The position numbers were made by a program, and so were the translations under genes. Shown here one piece after another: positions 19,484-28,743 of a stretch of 64,000 bases of DNA (positions are counted from its first letter, which is position 1; every line of letters begins with the position of its first letter). The stretch lies in NCBI GenBank assembly GCA_963602355.1, contig CAVCIU010000002.1, forward strand, positions 28,223 to 92,222, given 5' to 3'. Under the pieces are notes generated by a model. That model was given only the letters and a program-made list of their open reading frames with translations, ran no database searches and was not told the DNA's origin. Source of the stretch: Methanobacteriaceae archaeon. GTDB lineage: Bacteria; Cyanobacteriota; Vampirovibrionia; Gastranaerophilales; Gastranaerophilaceae.

Positions 19484-19537
19484 ATAGAAAAGCGCTATCA
19501 TAAAATATATGACGGCTAGCGTTTTGAATGTTGCCAT
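19427..19537 (-). CDS. candidate 36-aa two-helix hydrophobic peptide (possible type I toxin)
   Basis: AAAGGGGTGA SD 6 nt before ATG; translation MATFKTLAVIYFMIALFYKQEKLAFMIAVVALALVL. Not in the ORF track (too short). Confidence 0.3.
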   Translation of the reverse strand: MATFKTLAVIYFMIALFYKQEKLAFMIAVVALALVL

Positions 19538-19774
19538 AAGCATCACCCCTTTCTTGACGTAAGCAACGTCATTTTAAAGAAATGAGTGGTGTCCACTTGT
19601 TACCTTTAATTCTAAATGTGCAATATATTTATTATATATATTTATATTTTTAATTCTATACTTCAAATGTATCATTTTTAATTGTAAACTTATGTGTTAA
19701 ATTCTAACTTTTATAATTGATATTTATTTTCCTTCGGTAAAAAATGTGTATATGAATTATGGGAGTTTATGTAG

Positions 19775-20191
19775 ATGACAGTTATTACAGAAAAATTTAA
19801 CATTAACACACAAGGTTTTACTGATATCGTTGATATCACAAAGAATGTTCAAAATTATGTGTACAAACATTCTATCAAAGATGCGTTAGTAGTGGCTTAT
19901 GTTGGCGGAAGTACAGCATCTTTAACAACAATCGAATTTGAACCTGGTTTGTTAACAGATTTACCCGCAGCTTTAGACAGAATTGCCCCAATGAACATTG
20001 AATATGCTCACGATGAAACTTGGAACGACGGCAACGGTTATGCTCACGTTCGTGCTTCTATCATTGGCAACTCAATTTCTATTCCTTTAATCGAAGGTGC
20101 TCTTCAATTAGGAACTTATCAACAAGTTGTTTTAATCGACTTTGATAACAAAGCTAGAACAAGAACTGTTTACTTACAAATTATTTCTTAG
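19775..20191 (+). CDS. yjbQ: YjbQ/UPF0047 family protein (secondary thiamine-phosphate synthase)
   Basis: 138 aa with INTQGFTDIVDIT.., GGSTASLTTIE, HVRASIIGNS typical of UPF0047. Confidence 0.85.
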   Translation: MTVITEKFNINTQGFTDIVDITKNVQNYVYKHSIKDALVVAYVGGSTASLTTIEFEPGLLTDLPAALDRIAPMNIEYAHDETWNDGNGYAHVRASIIGNSISIPLIEGALQLGTYQQVVLIDFDNKARTRTVYLQIIS

Positions 20192-22415
20192 GTCTTATCA
20201 TTGTAAGTAAAATGCAAGGTGGATTACATGTTTCCATAACATCATAATCCGCTGTTACAAAGAAGAACTCTAACATTTCGCCATGTTTAACTTCAATGGT
20301 GTCAAAAGGTATGCTTATATCAATAACGTTATCATAAGATATTTTGATATTTTCAGAATCTTTTTCTTTCCACAAGTTTTCCGGCAATGCTTCTATAAAT
20401 TGCAAAGGTCTTAAAAGTCCGCTTGAGAATGTTAGTCTAATTTCGTTGTGGAATTTTTCTTTAAACAATGTAGGAATATTATCACCTTTAACAAGAGGTC
20501 TTACAGGAGACAAATCTTGATCTATATCACAATTTCTCATATACAGATAAATTTGTTGAGTCATTTGTGAGTTATTTTCTCTTGTTTCGTGGTTAAGAAT
20601 AAATCTCAAATACAAATATTCTTCGTCAAAACCAAATCGAACCTTTTCAAATAAGTGAATGTCATCGTCATTTTTAGCCAAGATATCGATAAAGCCTGCA
20701 TTCAACCATTCATCATCAATCTTGTTTTGGCTATCCATAACAGGAACGGCTGTATCATATTGTTCAGCAGAACTTACTATCAAAGATGTTTGCAATGATG
20801 TTGGAACTTCCAAGCCTAAAATTCTATAAACATTTTTCAAATGTTCTCTAAACAAGTAGTCGAAAATATGGTCTTGTCCTGAATTATTAGGTTCACCATA
20901 CCACCAGAACCAGTCTGAACTTTCAGAAATAAACATTTCTCTTCTTGCTTTTTCAAGGTTTGGATTATCTGGGTTTTCATTTTCAAACTTTGTAAAATCA
21001 TCATGAACATATTTCAAATATGTCCACGCTAAGTCTTTTGTAGGTTCACCAATCCAAAGTTGGAAGTTTCTATTTATCCAAGAACCTGAATAAATTTTTG
21101 GCAAATCTTTTTTGTTTTCATCAGATTTAATATAATCAGAAATCAAAACAGTTTCTAAAGAGTCATCTTTTTCTAACAATGAATACAATTCATTCAAAAA
21201 ATCTTTACCATCTGAATCATAATTTTCCCAACAGTTTTCACCATCACAAGCAATTGTAATCAAGTGATTATCATCAGGGGAAGTAAAGATTTTACTTTGG
21301 ATAACCTTCAATCTATCGTACAAATCGTTTGCAGCTTTATCAGCCTCAACGTGAGGATATTCAAAGTTAATCAAGTTTGGAATAGAGCTATCTCTAAAAA
21401 TTAAATCAATCTTAGAATTATTCTTTGTCTTGTATTCGTATGTTTTTAGCAAGTAATATGGATCTTCTAAATAACCTTTAAAATCTCTAACAAATTCAAA
21501 GTTAATAGAATTTGCTAAAATACCTTCGTCAGTAATAGTCCATTCAACACCCAATTCATTAAGCATATCAAGAGTTTTGGCACTCAAGCAATGTTCTGGA
21601 GGCCAAACACCTTTAGGTCTACGACCAAAAACTTCTTCCATTCTATCCAAAGCCATTTTCATTTGAAGCATTGCATCTTTAGCCATTTTCAAGTTTTGTG
21701 GCAAAGCTTCTGGATTAGGAATGTTTCTACTTGCACATTTTATATCAACTAAGATTGGCAAAATTGTATGGTAATAAGGACTTGTAGTAATTTCAATTCT
21801 GCCTTTTTCCATATATTCTTTGTATGTAGGAATAATCATTTTCATGATTTTTTTCATATAATCAAGAATTTCAATTCTATCCTCTAAAGTGAACCCTTTA
21901 CCCTTTGAAACCAATTGAGCCAAATCAGGGAACATTTCCGCATACATTGAATCAAACCACGCAATATTGAACCATGCCATAATATCGCCATATTCTTCAT
22001 CAGAAAAAGCTTCTATATCTGGATAATCCATTGCAACACGTTTTTCGTACAATTCATTATAATTAGGGTGATGCAGCACCATTGAATTGTAATTTACGTC
22101 AAAAAAGTTACTTAAAATAAAACGTTTATCATCATCTGTTAACTCATTTACTGGAGTTTTTGTCAATTTTGAATGAACATCTTCTGCACCGTTTTCTGCG
22201 TAATCCAAAATTGCATCAACCAAAACAGGTGATAAGTTAAAATTCAATTTTAACTTAGGAAATTTTTTCATTATCAACAACATATCAAGATAATCCTTCA
22301 CCGCATGAAGTCTTACCCAAGGCATAAGATAATCACCTTGCGTATTCAATTTGTAATACGGTTGGTGTAAGTGCCAATAAAATGCAATTGATAGTTTTTT
22401 ATTCTTTCCAAACAT
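20181..22415 (-). CDS. glycoside hydrolase family 57 (alpha-glucan-active) with C-terminal extension
   Basis: N-terminal SIAFYWHLHQPYY and GH57 blocks (ITTSPYYHTILP, WPPEHC, DGENCWE). Overlaps yjbQ by 11 nt, convergent. Confidence 0.85.
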   Translation of the reverse strand: MFGKNKKLSIAFYWHLHQPYYKLNTQGDYLMPWVRLHAVKDYLDMLLIMKKFPKLKLNFNLSPVLVDAILDYAENGAEDVHSKLTKTPVNELTDDDKRFILSNFFDVNYNSMVLHHPNYNELYEKRVAMDYPDIEAFSDEEYGDIMAWFNIAWFDSMYAEMFPDLAQLVSKGKGFTLEDRIEILDYMKKIMKMIIPTYKEYMEKGRIEITTSPYYHTILPILVDIKCASRNIPNPEALPQNLKMAKDAMLQMKMALDRMEEVFGRRPKGVWPPEHCLSAKTLDMLNELGVEWTITDEGILANSINFEFVRDFKGYLEDPYYLLKTYEYKTKNNSKIDLIFRDSSIPNLINFEYPHVEADKAANDLYDRLKVIQSKIFTSPDDNHLITIACDGENCWENYDSDGKDFLNELYSLLEKDDSLETVLISDYIKSDENKKDLPKIYSGSWINRNFQLWIGEPTKDLAWTYLKYVHDDFTKFENENPDNPNLEKARREMFISESSDWFWWYGEPNNSGQDHIFDYLFREHLKNVYRILGLEVPTSLQTSLIVSSAEQYDTAVPVMDSQNKIDDEWLNAGFIDILAKNDDDIHLFEKVRFGFDEEYLYLRFILNHETRENNSQMTQQIYLYMRNCDIDQDLSPVRPLVKGDNIPTLFKEKFHNEIRLTFSSGLLRPLQFIEALPENLWKEKDSENIKISYDNVIDISIPFDTIEVKHGEMLEFFFVTADYDVMETCNPPCILLTMIRPKK

Positions 22416-22461
22416 TACTTTAATTATACTTAAAAAAAAGAAAATATGATATACTGAATTT

Positions 22462-23523
22462 ATGAATATTTTATTTTTGACAGACCTTTATCCCTTATCA
22501 AAAGAAGACAACACTTCTTCTGCTCTAAAGGATTTTGTCGAAAATTTTAGGAACTTAGGACACAATGTTCAAGTTATTCGTCCAAATTTTTTATTAAATT
22601 CTTACATTAGAAAGAAAAAGTTTTTCAAAACAGGTTATTTCAACAATGCTTTCAACGCAAACTATATAACACCTTTTTGGTTTGACGTTAAGAAAAAAAT
22701 ACCTTATATCGAAAAATACGACATAATAGTTTCGCACATGCCGTCTGGAAGCATTTTTGCAGACAAATTCAAAGGTAAATTGATTTGCGGAGTTCATATA
22801 TCAGATTTAAAAGTTTTAACTGAACCAACTTACTCAATTTATTTTAAACAAAAACTTTTGAAATCTTTTAGGAGAGCTGAAAAACTTGTTTGTCGTTCTC
22901 CTCATATTGAAGAAAAACTTTTAAAAAGTTATCCCGAATTTAAAAACAAAACCATTGTCATAAATTCCGGAATAGATGAAAATTTGATTATCAAAAGAAA
23001 GCCAAATTTTGACGAAAAAGTAAAAGTTCTTTCTGTCGCAAATCTTATCAAGCGCAAAAATATCGACAAACTTATACATGCCTGCAAAAGTTTTGAAAAT
23101 ATTGAATTAACTATCATTGGCGACGGCGAAGAAAGAAAATCCTTAGAAAAAATAGGTAAAAATGTCGTTTTTAAAGGTCATTTAGGAAAAGAAAACGTTT
23201 TAGAAGAAATGCGAAATTCTGACATTTTTATACTCCCTTCTGTCAATGAAACATTAGGTCTAGTCTACCTTGAAGCATTAGCAAGTGGTTGTATTACAGT
23301 TGGAACAGTAAACGACGGAATTTCTGGAATAATTAAAGATGAAGAAAATGGTTTTTTAACAAAGCCAACAGTAAAAGATATCAAAAACACTTTAGAAAAG
23401 ATTATTTCATACAATAAAGAGAACCTAAACAAAATCGCAGAACAAGCTTATTTCACAATAAAAAACAACACGTCAAAAGCTTGCACACTAAAGTATATCC
23501 AAACAATAATAAATGCATTATAA
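22462..23523 (+). CDS. glycosyltransferase family 4
   Basis: GT4 C-terminal block IFILPSVNETLGLVYLEALASGCITVGT..GF. Confidence 0.85.
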   Translation: MNILFLTDLYPLSKEDNTSSALKDFVENFRNLGHNVQVIRPNFLLNSYIRKKKFFKTGYFNNAFNANYITPFWFDVKKKIPYIEKYDIIVSHMPSGSIFADKFKGKLICGVHISDLKVLTEPTYSIYFKQKLLKSFRRAEKLVCRSPHIEEKLLKSYPEFKNKTIVINSGIDENLIIKRKPNFDEKVKVLSVANLIKRKNIDKLIHACKSFENIELTIIGDGEERKSLEKIGKNVVFKGHLGKENVLEEMRNSDIFILPSVNETLGLVYLEALASGCITVGTVNDGISGIIKDEENGFLTKPTVKDIKNTLEKIISYNKENLNKIAEQAYFTIKNNTSKACTLKYIQTIINAL

Positions 23524-23531
23524 AACATGGC

Positions 23532-23559
23532 TTGAAAAAGTTTAAAAATAGGTTATAAT
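23532..23559 (+). promoter_or_regulatory. sigma-70-type promoter TTGAAA-N16-TATAAT driving an intergenic structured RNA
   Basis: TTGAAA at 23532-23537 and TATAAT at 23554-23559, directly after the GT4 stop codon. Confidence 0.5.
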
Positions 23560-23565
23560 GTAAAT

Positions 23566-23670
23566 ATAGGGGGTTGATTAAACCCTAAGAATTTAATCAA
23601 CCGTATCACACCCTATATGATTTCAGCAATAAAAGTTAGAAAAAGTCCTATTAGCCGTAGGGCTTTTTTT
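23566..23670 (+). ncRNA. candidate ~105-nt structured small RNA
   Basis: Nested helices: 8-bp atataggg/ccctatat (23564-71 with 23611-18) and 11-bp ggttgattaaa/tttaatcaacc (23572-82 with 23592-602). Then hairpin agtcct..agggct plus T7 (23645-23670). Confidence 0.4.
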
Positions 23671-23684
23671 ATTACTTCCTTCAT
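23613..23684 (-). CDS. candidate 23-aa hydrophobic peptide antisense to the small RNA (speculative)
   Basis: AAAGGAGG SD 6 nt before ATG; MKEVIKKALRLIGLFLTFIAEII. Caveat: a two-way terminator-like hairpin lies inside the ORF. Confidence 0.2.
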   Translation of the reverse strand: MKEVIKKALRLIGLFLTFIAEII

Positions 23685-23777
23685 ATTTTGCCTCCTTTCT
23701 GCCCCTCATTATCACATTATAAGGGTGTTGTGGCGATTGGAGGTGTGGGGCGAGCCCTATATTTAATTTTCAAAGTT

Positions 23778-24722
23778 CTATCTTTTCAAATTTAATTTAT
23801 TGAAAATTTCATCAAATTTATTGTGAACTTTTTCAAAAGCTTCGATAATAATAGGGTCAAATTGCTTTGTGCTAGAGCCTTTAATGATTTCTACACTCTT
23901 TTCGTGAGAGAAGTTTTCTTTATAAACTCTTGTTTCTCTTAAAGCATCATAAACGTCGCAAAGTGCAACAATTCTAGCACTCAATGGAATTTCTTCACCA
24001 GCTTTTTGGTTTGGATAACCGGTACCATCATATCTTTCGTGGTGAGATAATACGATATCTTTAGCCATTTGAATAAATGGTGTATTTTTTAGTTTTTCTA
24101 ACATCTTATAACCCAAAGAAGAGTGTTTTTTAACGTTAGAAAATTCTTCTTCTGTCAGTTTAGCAGGTTTTTGCAAAATCTTGTCAGAAATTTGAGTTTT
24201 ACCGATATCGTGCAAAATACTTGCCAATTCTAAATTTTTAATAAACTCATCATCAATTTTTAAGTGTTTATTATTTTCTTTTAATTCTGTTGCCAATGTT
24301 CTTGCATAAGCTTTCATTCTTTCTAAATGCTTGTAAGAACCATTGTCTTTTACTTGTACATGTCTGAATGATGATAAAATATCTTCTAAAGTTTTTTCTT
24401 TATTCAAAGCTTCATCAACTTTTTTTCTAATAACATCAGCACTTGCAGGAAGAATTATGTAATCTTTAATTCCTTCTGAATAAAATCTTACAACTTCATC
24501 AACACTAGGGTTTGTAGTCATTACAACAACTTTTTTCTCTGACAAGTTTTCGCATTCTTTTTCAAACTTGTTTGATAAAAGAATTAAATCCACATCAGAA
24601 TTCAACTTTGAAGAAATTTCTTCAGCAGAAGATAAAGTTTTTATCTCATATCCGTCTAAAGAAAGTATCATACTGAAAATTTTTAAATTTGTTTCGTTGT
24701 CGTCGACTATTAAAAGTTTCAT
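23778..24722 (-). CDS. response-regulator-like protein with HD-GYP (RpfG-type) phosphodiesterase domain
   Basis: N-terminal REC-like fold (LLIVDDNE). HD-GYP blocks ILHDIGK and HHERYDGTGYP. The REC lacks the acceptor Asp (DLILLS). Confidence 0.9.
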   Translation of the reverse strand: MKLLIVDDNETNLKIFSMILSLDGYEIKTLSSAEEISSKLNSDVDLILLSNKFEKECENLSEKKVVVMTTNPSVDEVVRFYSEGIKDYIILPASADVIRKKVDEALNKEKTLEDILSSFRHVQVKDNGSYKHLERMKAYARTLATELKENNKHLKIDDEFIKNLELASILHDIGKTQISDKILQKPAKLTEEEFSNVKKHSSLGYKMLEKLKNTPFIQMAKDIVLSHHERYDGTGYPNQKAGEEIPLSARIVALCDVYDALRETRVYKENFSHEKSVEIIKGSSTKQFDPIIIEAFEKVHNKFDEIFNKLNLKR

Positions 24723-24787
24723 AAAACTCCTTTTGTGTGATAAGATAATACTATCATAATTTACAGTTTAATACAAATGAGGTAAAA

Positions 24788-25066
24788 ATGGACGAAGATA
24801 GAATTATCGTAACAGTATCAGGAACTGACAAAGTGGGTATTGTTGCAAAAGTTACAACAGTTTTAGCAAAATATGAAGTTAATATCGAAGATATGAAACA
24901 AACACTTATGCAAGGTCATTTTGTTATGTTTCTTTTAGGCAATATCGGTTCATCAAGCTATTCTTTTAAAGAAATTAAAAATGCAATGATTGAACTTGGA
25001 AACGAAATGGAAATGGAAATCTGGGTTCAAAGAAAAGGCATCTTTGATAGAATGCACTTGGTATAA
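24788..25066 (+). CDS. ACT-domain protein (UPF0237 family)
   Basis: 92 aa; IITVSGTDKVGIVAKVTTVLAKYEVNIEDM is a typical ACT start. Confidence 0.85.
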   Translation: MDEDRIIVTVSGTDKVGIVAKVTTVLAKYEVNIEDMKQTLMQGHFVMFLLGNIGSSSYSFKEIKNAMIELGNEMEMEIWVQRKGIFDRMHLV

Positions 25067-25082
25067 AAAATTAAATAAAAAA

Positions 25083-25150
25083 AGAGGCGAAGCCTTCGGC
25101 TTCGCCTCTACAAGAAAGAGGGCTGAGCTAATGCTCAGCCCTCTTTCTTT
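25083..25150. terminator. tandem GC hairpins acting as a bidirectional terminator between convergent genes
   Basis: agaggcgaagc-cttcg-gcttcgcctct preceded by an A-run, then aagaaagagggctgagc-taat-gctcagccctctttctt. Confidence 0.7.
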
Positions 25151-25156
25151 ATAATT

Positions 25157-26305
25157 CTATTTCATAGCTTCAATAGCAGCTTTTACACCTGAACCAAGTT
25201 CAAAGTTATAACCTAGTTTGTATAATACAGCTTCTAGAGATGCGATTGCTGTTAAAACATCTCTATCAGATACGAAGCCTAAAGTACCCATTCTAAAGAT
25301 TTTATCTTTCAAGTCGTTTTGACCATTTGCAACAACGATGTCGTAATCATTTTTCAAACCACTTCTGATATCTGGAACAGATACACCTTCTGGAGGTAAG
25401 ATTGAAGTAATTGAGTAGCTTACTTTGTTATCGTCTTCTACAAATAATTTTAAACCAATAGCTCTAATTGCTGCTCGAAGTGCAAGAGCATGTTTTTTGT
25501 GTCTTGCAAAGATATTTTGAATACCTTCTTCTTTAATCATTTCGATTGCAGCTTTTAATGCAAAGATTAAGTTTACTGCTGCAGTATAAGGTGTTGTATT
25601 ACCTCTTACAGCTTTTCTATGAGCAGCCCAGTCAAAATAGAAGCTTGGGTGTTTGCATTGTTCATAAACTGCATAAGCTTTATCAGATGCAGCTAAGAAT
25701 GCTAATCCGGGAGGAATCATAAAACCTTTTTGAGAACCTGAAACTAAAACATCAATGCCCCATTCGTCCATTTTAACGTCCATTGCAGAAACAGATGTTA
25801 CACCATCAACTACTGATAATGCGCCGTGTTCTTGAACTAATTTGCACAATGCTTGAATATCGTTTTTAGCACCAGTTGAAGTTTCTGAGTGAGTCATTGT
25901 AACGATTTTAATTTCTTTGTTTGTATCGGCATCTAGAACTGCTTTCAATTCTTCTGGGCTAACTGTTTCGCCATAAGCTTTTTCAATAGTTTGAACATTA
26001 GCACCTAAAGATTTAGCAATTTTTGCCCATCTGTTACCAAAGTTACCAATTACAAGAGAAAGAACTTTGTCGCCTTCATTTACAAGATTTGATAAAGCTG
26101 CTTCCATTGCGCCAGTACCGCTTGATGCATAAATAAATACGTCATTCTTTGTTTGAAAAATTTCTTTCAAACCTTCATAACAATATTTCAAAATAGCTTC
26201 AAATTCGCCACTTCTATGTCCAATTGGGTGTTTTGCCATAGCCAACAACACTGTTTCTGGAACAGGTGTAGGACCAGGAATCATCAAAAATAATTTATCT
26301 TTCAT
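25157..26305 (-). CDS. class V aminotransferase (alanine-glyoxylate / serine-pyruvate aminotransferase family)
   Basis: LMIPGPTPVPE.. N-terminus and SGSQKGFMIPPGLAF (PLP-Lys block). Confidence 0.9.
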   Translation of the reverse strand: MKDKLFLMIPGPTPVPETVLLAMAKHPIGHRSGEFEAILKYCYEGLKEIFQTKNDVFIYASSGTGAMEAALSNLVNEGDKVLSLVIGNFGNRWAKIAKSLGANVQTIEKAYGETVSPEELKAVLDADTNKEIKIVTMTHSETSTGAKNDIQALCKLVQEHGALSVVDGVTSVSAMDVKMDEWGIDVLVSGSQKGFMIPPGLAFLAASDKAYAVYEQCKHPSFYFDWAAHRKAVRGNTTPYTAAVNLIFALKAAIEMIKEEGIQNIFARHKKHALALRAAIRAIGLKLFVEDDNKVSYSITSILPPEGVSVPDIRSGLKNDYDIVVANGQNDLKDKIFRMGTLGFVSDRDVLTAIASLEAVLYKLGYNFELGSGVKAAIEAMK

Positions 26306-26381
26306 AAAAATCTCCTTAAATAAACGTCCGTTTTATATATCTATTTTTGCATAAAAATAAAATTTTGAGTATAATACATTT

Positions 26382-27638
26382 ATGCTTATATATTACTTTT
26401 TATCAATCATATTTTTCACAATCATAATTTTACCAGCATATCTTATCGCTGGTCTATTCAGACACGATTTAATTACAAGATTAATGGGCTTTTTAAAAAT
26501 CTATAAATTACCTGTAATAGAAGGTAAAACAATAATGTTCCACGGTGTTTCAGTTGGTGAAATTATTGCGATTGAAGATTTAGTTAAACGTGCACACGTT
26601 GAATTACCAGACCACAAAATCATTGTTACAGCAGGAACAAACACTGGTAAAGAACTTGCAGAAAACAAATTTAAAGATATTGCAGAACAAGTTTTATATT
26701 TTCCGCCAGATTTTCCACCGTTTATTAATTCTTTCCTAAAGAAAACTCACCCAGATGCAGTTATTATTGCGGAAACTGAAATTTGGCCAAACTTTTCATA
26801 TATGGTAAGCAGAAAAAATATTCCATTGTTCATCATTAATGGTAGAATTTCTGACCACTCATTCAAGTACTATAAACATATGTCTCTTTTCTTTGGGGCA
26901 ATTTTTGATAAAACATATACAAAAATTCTTACTCAATCAGAAATGGATAGACAAAAATTTATCAAAATGGGTGCAAGTCCCGAAACTTGCGAAGTTATGG
27001 GCAACTTGAAATTTGATATTGAAGGTAAAATTCCAGAAGAAACACTAATAGAAAAAGGCAATAGCAGAATTATGATTGCCGGAAGTACTCACAAAGGCGA
27101 AGACGAGATTGTTTTACAAGCCTTTGATAAGGTACATAAAAAACACCCTAATTTTAAATTGTTATTAGCTCCAAGACACTTGACTCGCTTAGACGAAGTT
27201 ACTGCATTGGTTGAAAAAACAGGTTATAAGTACGATTATTATTCAAAAAATACAAACTTTGAAAATTGCGACATTATAATCCTTGATGTAATTGGTAAAC
27301 TTGCAAAGCTTTACTATTTCTGCGATATAGCATTTTTAGGTGGAAGCTTTAACAAAACAGGCGGACACAACCCACTTGAAGCATCAATTTATAACAAGCC
27401 AGTAATTTCAGGTCCAACAATCTCTAACTTTAGAGGCATTTATTCAGCATTGACAACTTTCAATGCGGGTAAAGTTGTTAAAACTCCAGAAGAATTTGAG
27501 GCTGAAATTTTCGAATTATTAGAAGATAATGAATATTACAATAGAGTTTGCCAAAATTGCCAAAAAGCTTTTGAACAAAATCGTGGTGCAATAGATTTTG
27601 TAATAAACAAAATTAAAAACGAAAATGGGGGGGGGTAG
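26382..27638 (+). CDS. waaA: 3-deoxy-D-manno-octulosonic acid (Kdo) transferase
   Basis: FHGVSVGE, ETEIWPN, GGSF..GGHNPLEA: canonical WaaA/KdtA blocks. Confidence 0.9.
   Translation: MLIYYFLSIIFFTIIILPAYLIAGLFRHDLITRLMGFLKIYKLPVIEGKTIMFHGVSVGEIIAIEDLVKRAHVELPDHKIIVTAGTNTGKELAENKFKDIAEQVLYFPPDFPPFINSFLKKTHPDAVIIAETEIWPNFSYMVSRKNIPLFIINGRISDHSFKYYKHMSLFFGAIFDKTYTKILTQSEMDRQKFIKMGASPETCEVMGNLKFDIEGKIPEETLIEKGNSRIMIAGSTHKGEDEIVLQAFDKVHKKHPNFKLLLAPRHLTRLDEVTALVEKTGYKYDYYSKNTNFENCDIIILDVIGKLAKLYYFCDIAFLGGSFNKTGGHNPLEASIYNKPVISGPTISNFRGIYSALTTFNAGKVVKTPEEFEAEIFELLEDNEYYNRVCQNCQKAFEQNRGAIDFVINKIKNENGGG
27627..27635. repeat. G9 homopolymer at the last codons of waaA
   Basis: ggggggggg read directly; encodes the terminal GGG residues just before TAG. 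Confidence 0.9.
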
Positions 27639-27675
27639 TAACCCGCATAAATAAAGGGTTCTAGCCGTTTTAACT

Positions 27676-28743
27676 CTAATAATATAATTCATTTGGAATA
27701 CAATAAAGAAAACTTTCGATTTTCTTTTCGTCATAGTATCCAACTTTGTAAGTATAATTGCGTAAAATATTTTTCAAGAATAGCATTATTTCTGTATAAT
27801 CTCTCGCTGGCATTTCAAAAATTCTAAATGCAAGTTGAGGTCTATCTTTTTTGATTGTTCTAACACAACCCTTCAACACACTCAATTCTAGAGCATCAAT
27901 ATCAAATTTTATAAAATCGATTTTTCTTTTATTAATTGCCCTAAAAATATCCAATGTTGTTGTCTTCAAACCTTTTCTCAAGAAGACTTTTGCATTTTCG
28001 CAATCCCACAAAATTCGTCCAACCATTTCAACTTTTTCTGAGAATTGAATAATTTTATAGAACGTAAGCTCTTTAGCTTTTCGTGGGAGAATAAGTCCAT
28101 TTGAAACATAATCGTGCAAAGCATCAAAACAATAAATTTTTTCGACACCTTTTATTTCATTTTGAAAAACCATGCTATTGTATCCATTATTTTCCCCAGT
28201 ATCTACAATAGTTTTAATCTTATTTTTCATCAAAAATTCAGTATATTCATTATTTTTAAGGCTTGGCTTGTGCTCTTCAATATAGCGATAGTAATAGTTT
28301 TTATCCTGCAAAAGCGATGAAATAAAGATAACCTCAAAACGTTCTCTATCCTCATCTTCTTCAAACATCTCCTTCAAATCTTCAAAATGAAGATATCCTA
28401 AAGTTTGCAAATCCTTTTCTGAAACTTCTACAAAATTAATATTAGATTTTGCAAAAAGTTGCGTCATAGCATGAAAATTGTCTCTTTTTGCAATAATAAT
28501 GCAATCAACTTTGTCTTTTTCTTTTATAAAAGTTTTAAAATCAATAATTTTAATTCCGTCTTGGTATTGCTTTTCGCCAACTTGATATTCAACAAAAAAA
28601 GCTATCTTTACATCTTTTCTTTTTTCATAAATATATTTTTTTATTTCCAATGCTTCTTTAGACGTACCATAAATTGCAATTGTATCACGTCTTTTTACAT
28701 TTGAAAGTATGTTGTATAGTGTAAAATCAAACTTTTTGAACAT
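27676..28743 (-). CDS. FkbM-family methyltransferase with N-terminal extra domain
   Basis: IVDTGENNGYNS and KIDFIKFDIDALELSVLKG resemble the FkbM (TIGR01444) blocks. Confidence 0.65.
   Translation of the reverse strand: MFKKFDFTLYNILSNVKRRDTIAIYGTSKEALEIKKYIYEKRKDVKIAFFVEYQVGEKQYQDGIKIIDFKTFIKEKDKVDCIIIAKRDNFHAMTQLFAKSNINFVEVSEKDLQTLGYLHFEDLKEMFEEDEDRERFEVIFISSLLQDKNYYYRYIEEHKPSLKNNEYTEFLMKNKIKTIVDTGENNGYNSMVFQNEIKGVEKIYCFDALHDYVSNGLILPRKAKELTFYKIIQFSEKVEMVGRILWDCENAKVFLRKGLKTTTLDIFRAINKRKIDFIKFDIDALELSVLKGCVRTIKKDRPQLAFRIFEMPARDYTEIMLFLKNILRNYTYKVGYYDEKKIESFLYCIPNELYY

Noticed and set aside
19293-19487. 64-aa plus-strand ORF across the candidate sRNA region.
   Set aside because: It has no SD, spans a promoter and terminator-like hairpins, and has a non-protein-like composition. 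The sRNA/antisense-peptide interpretation fits the signals better.
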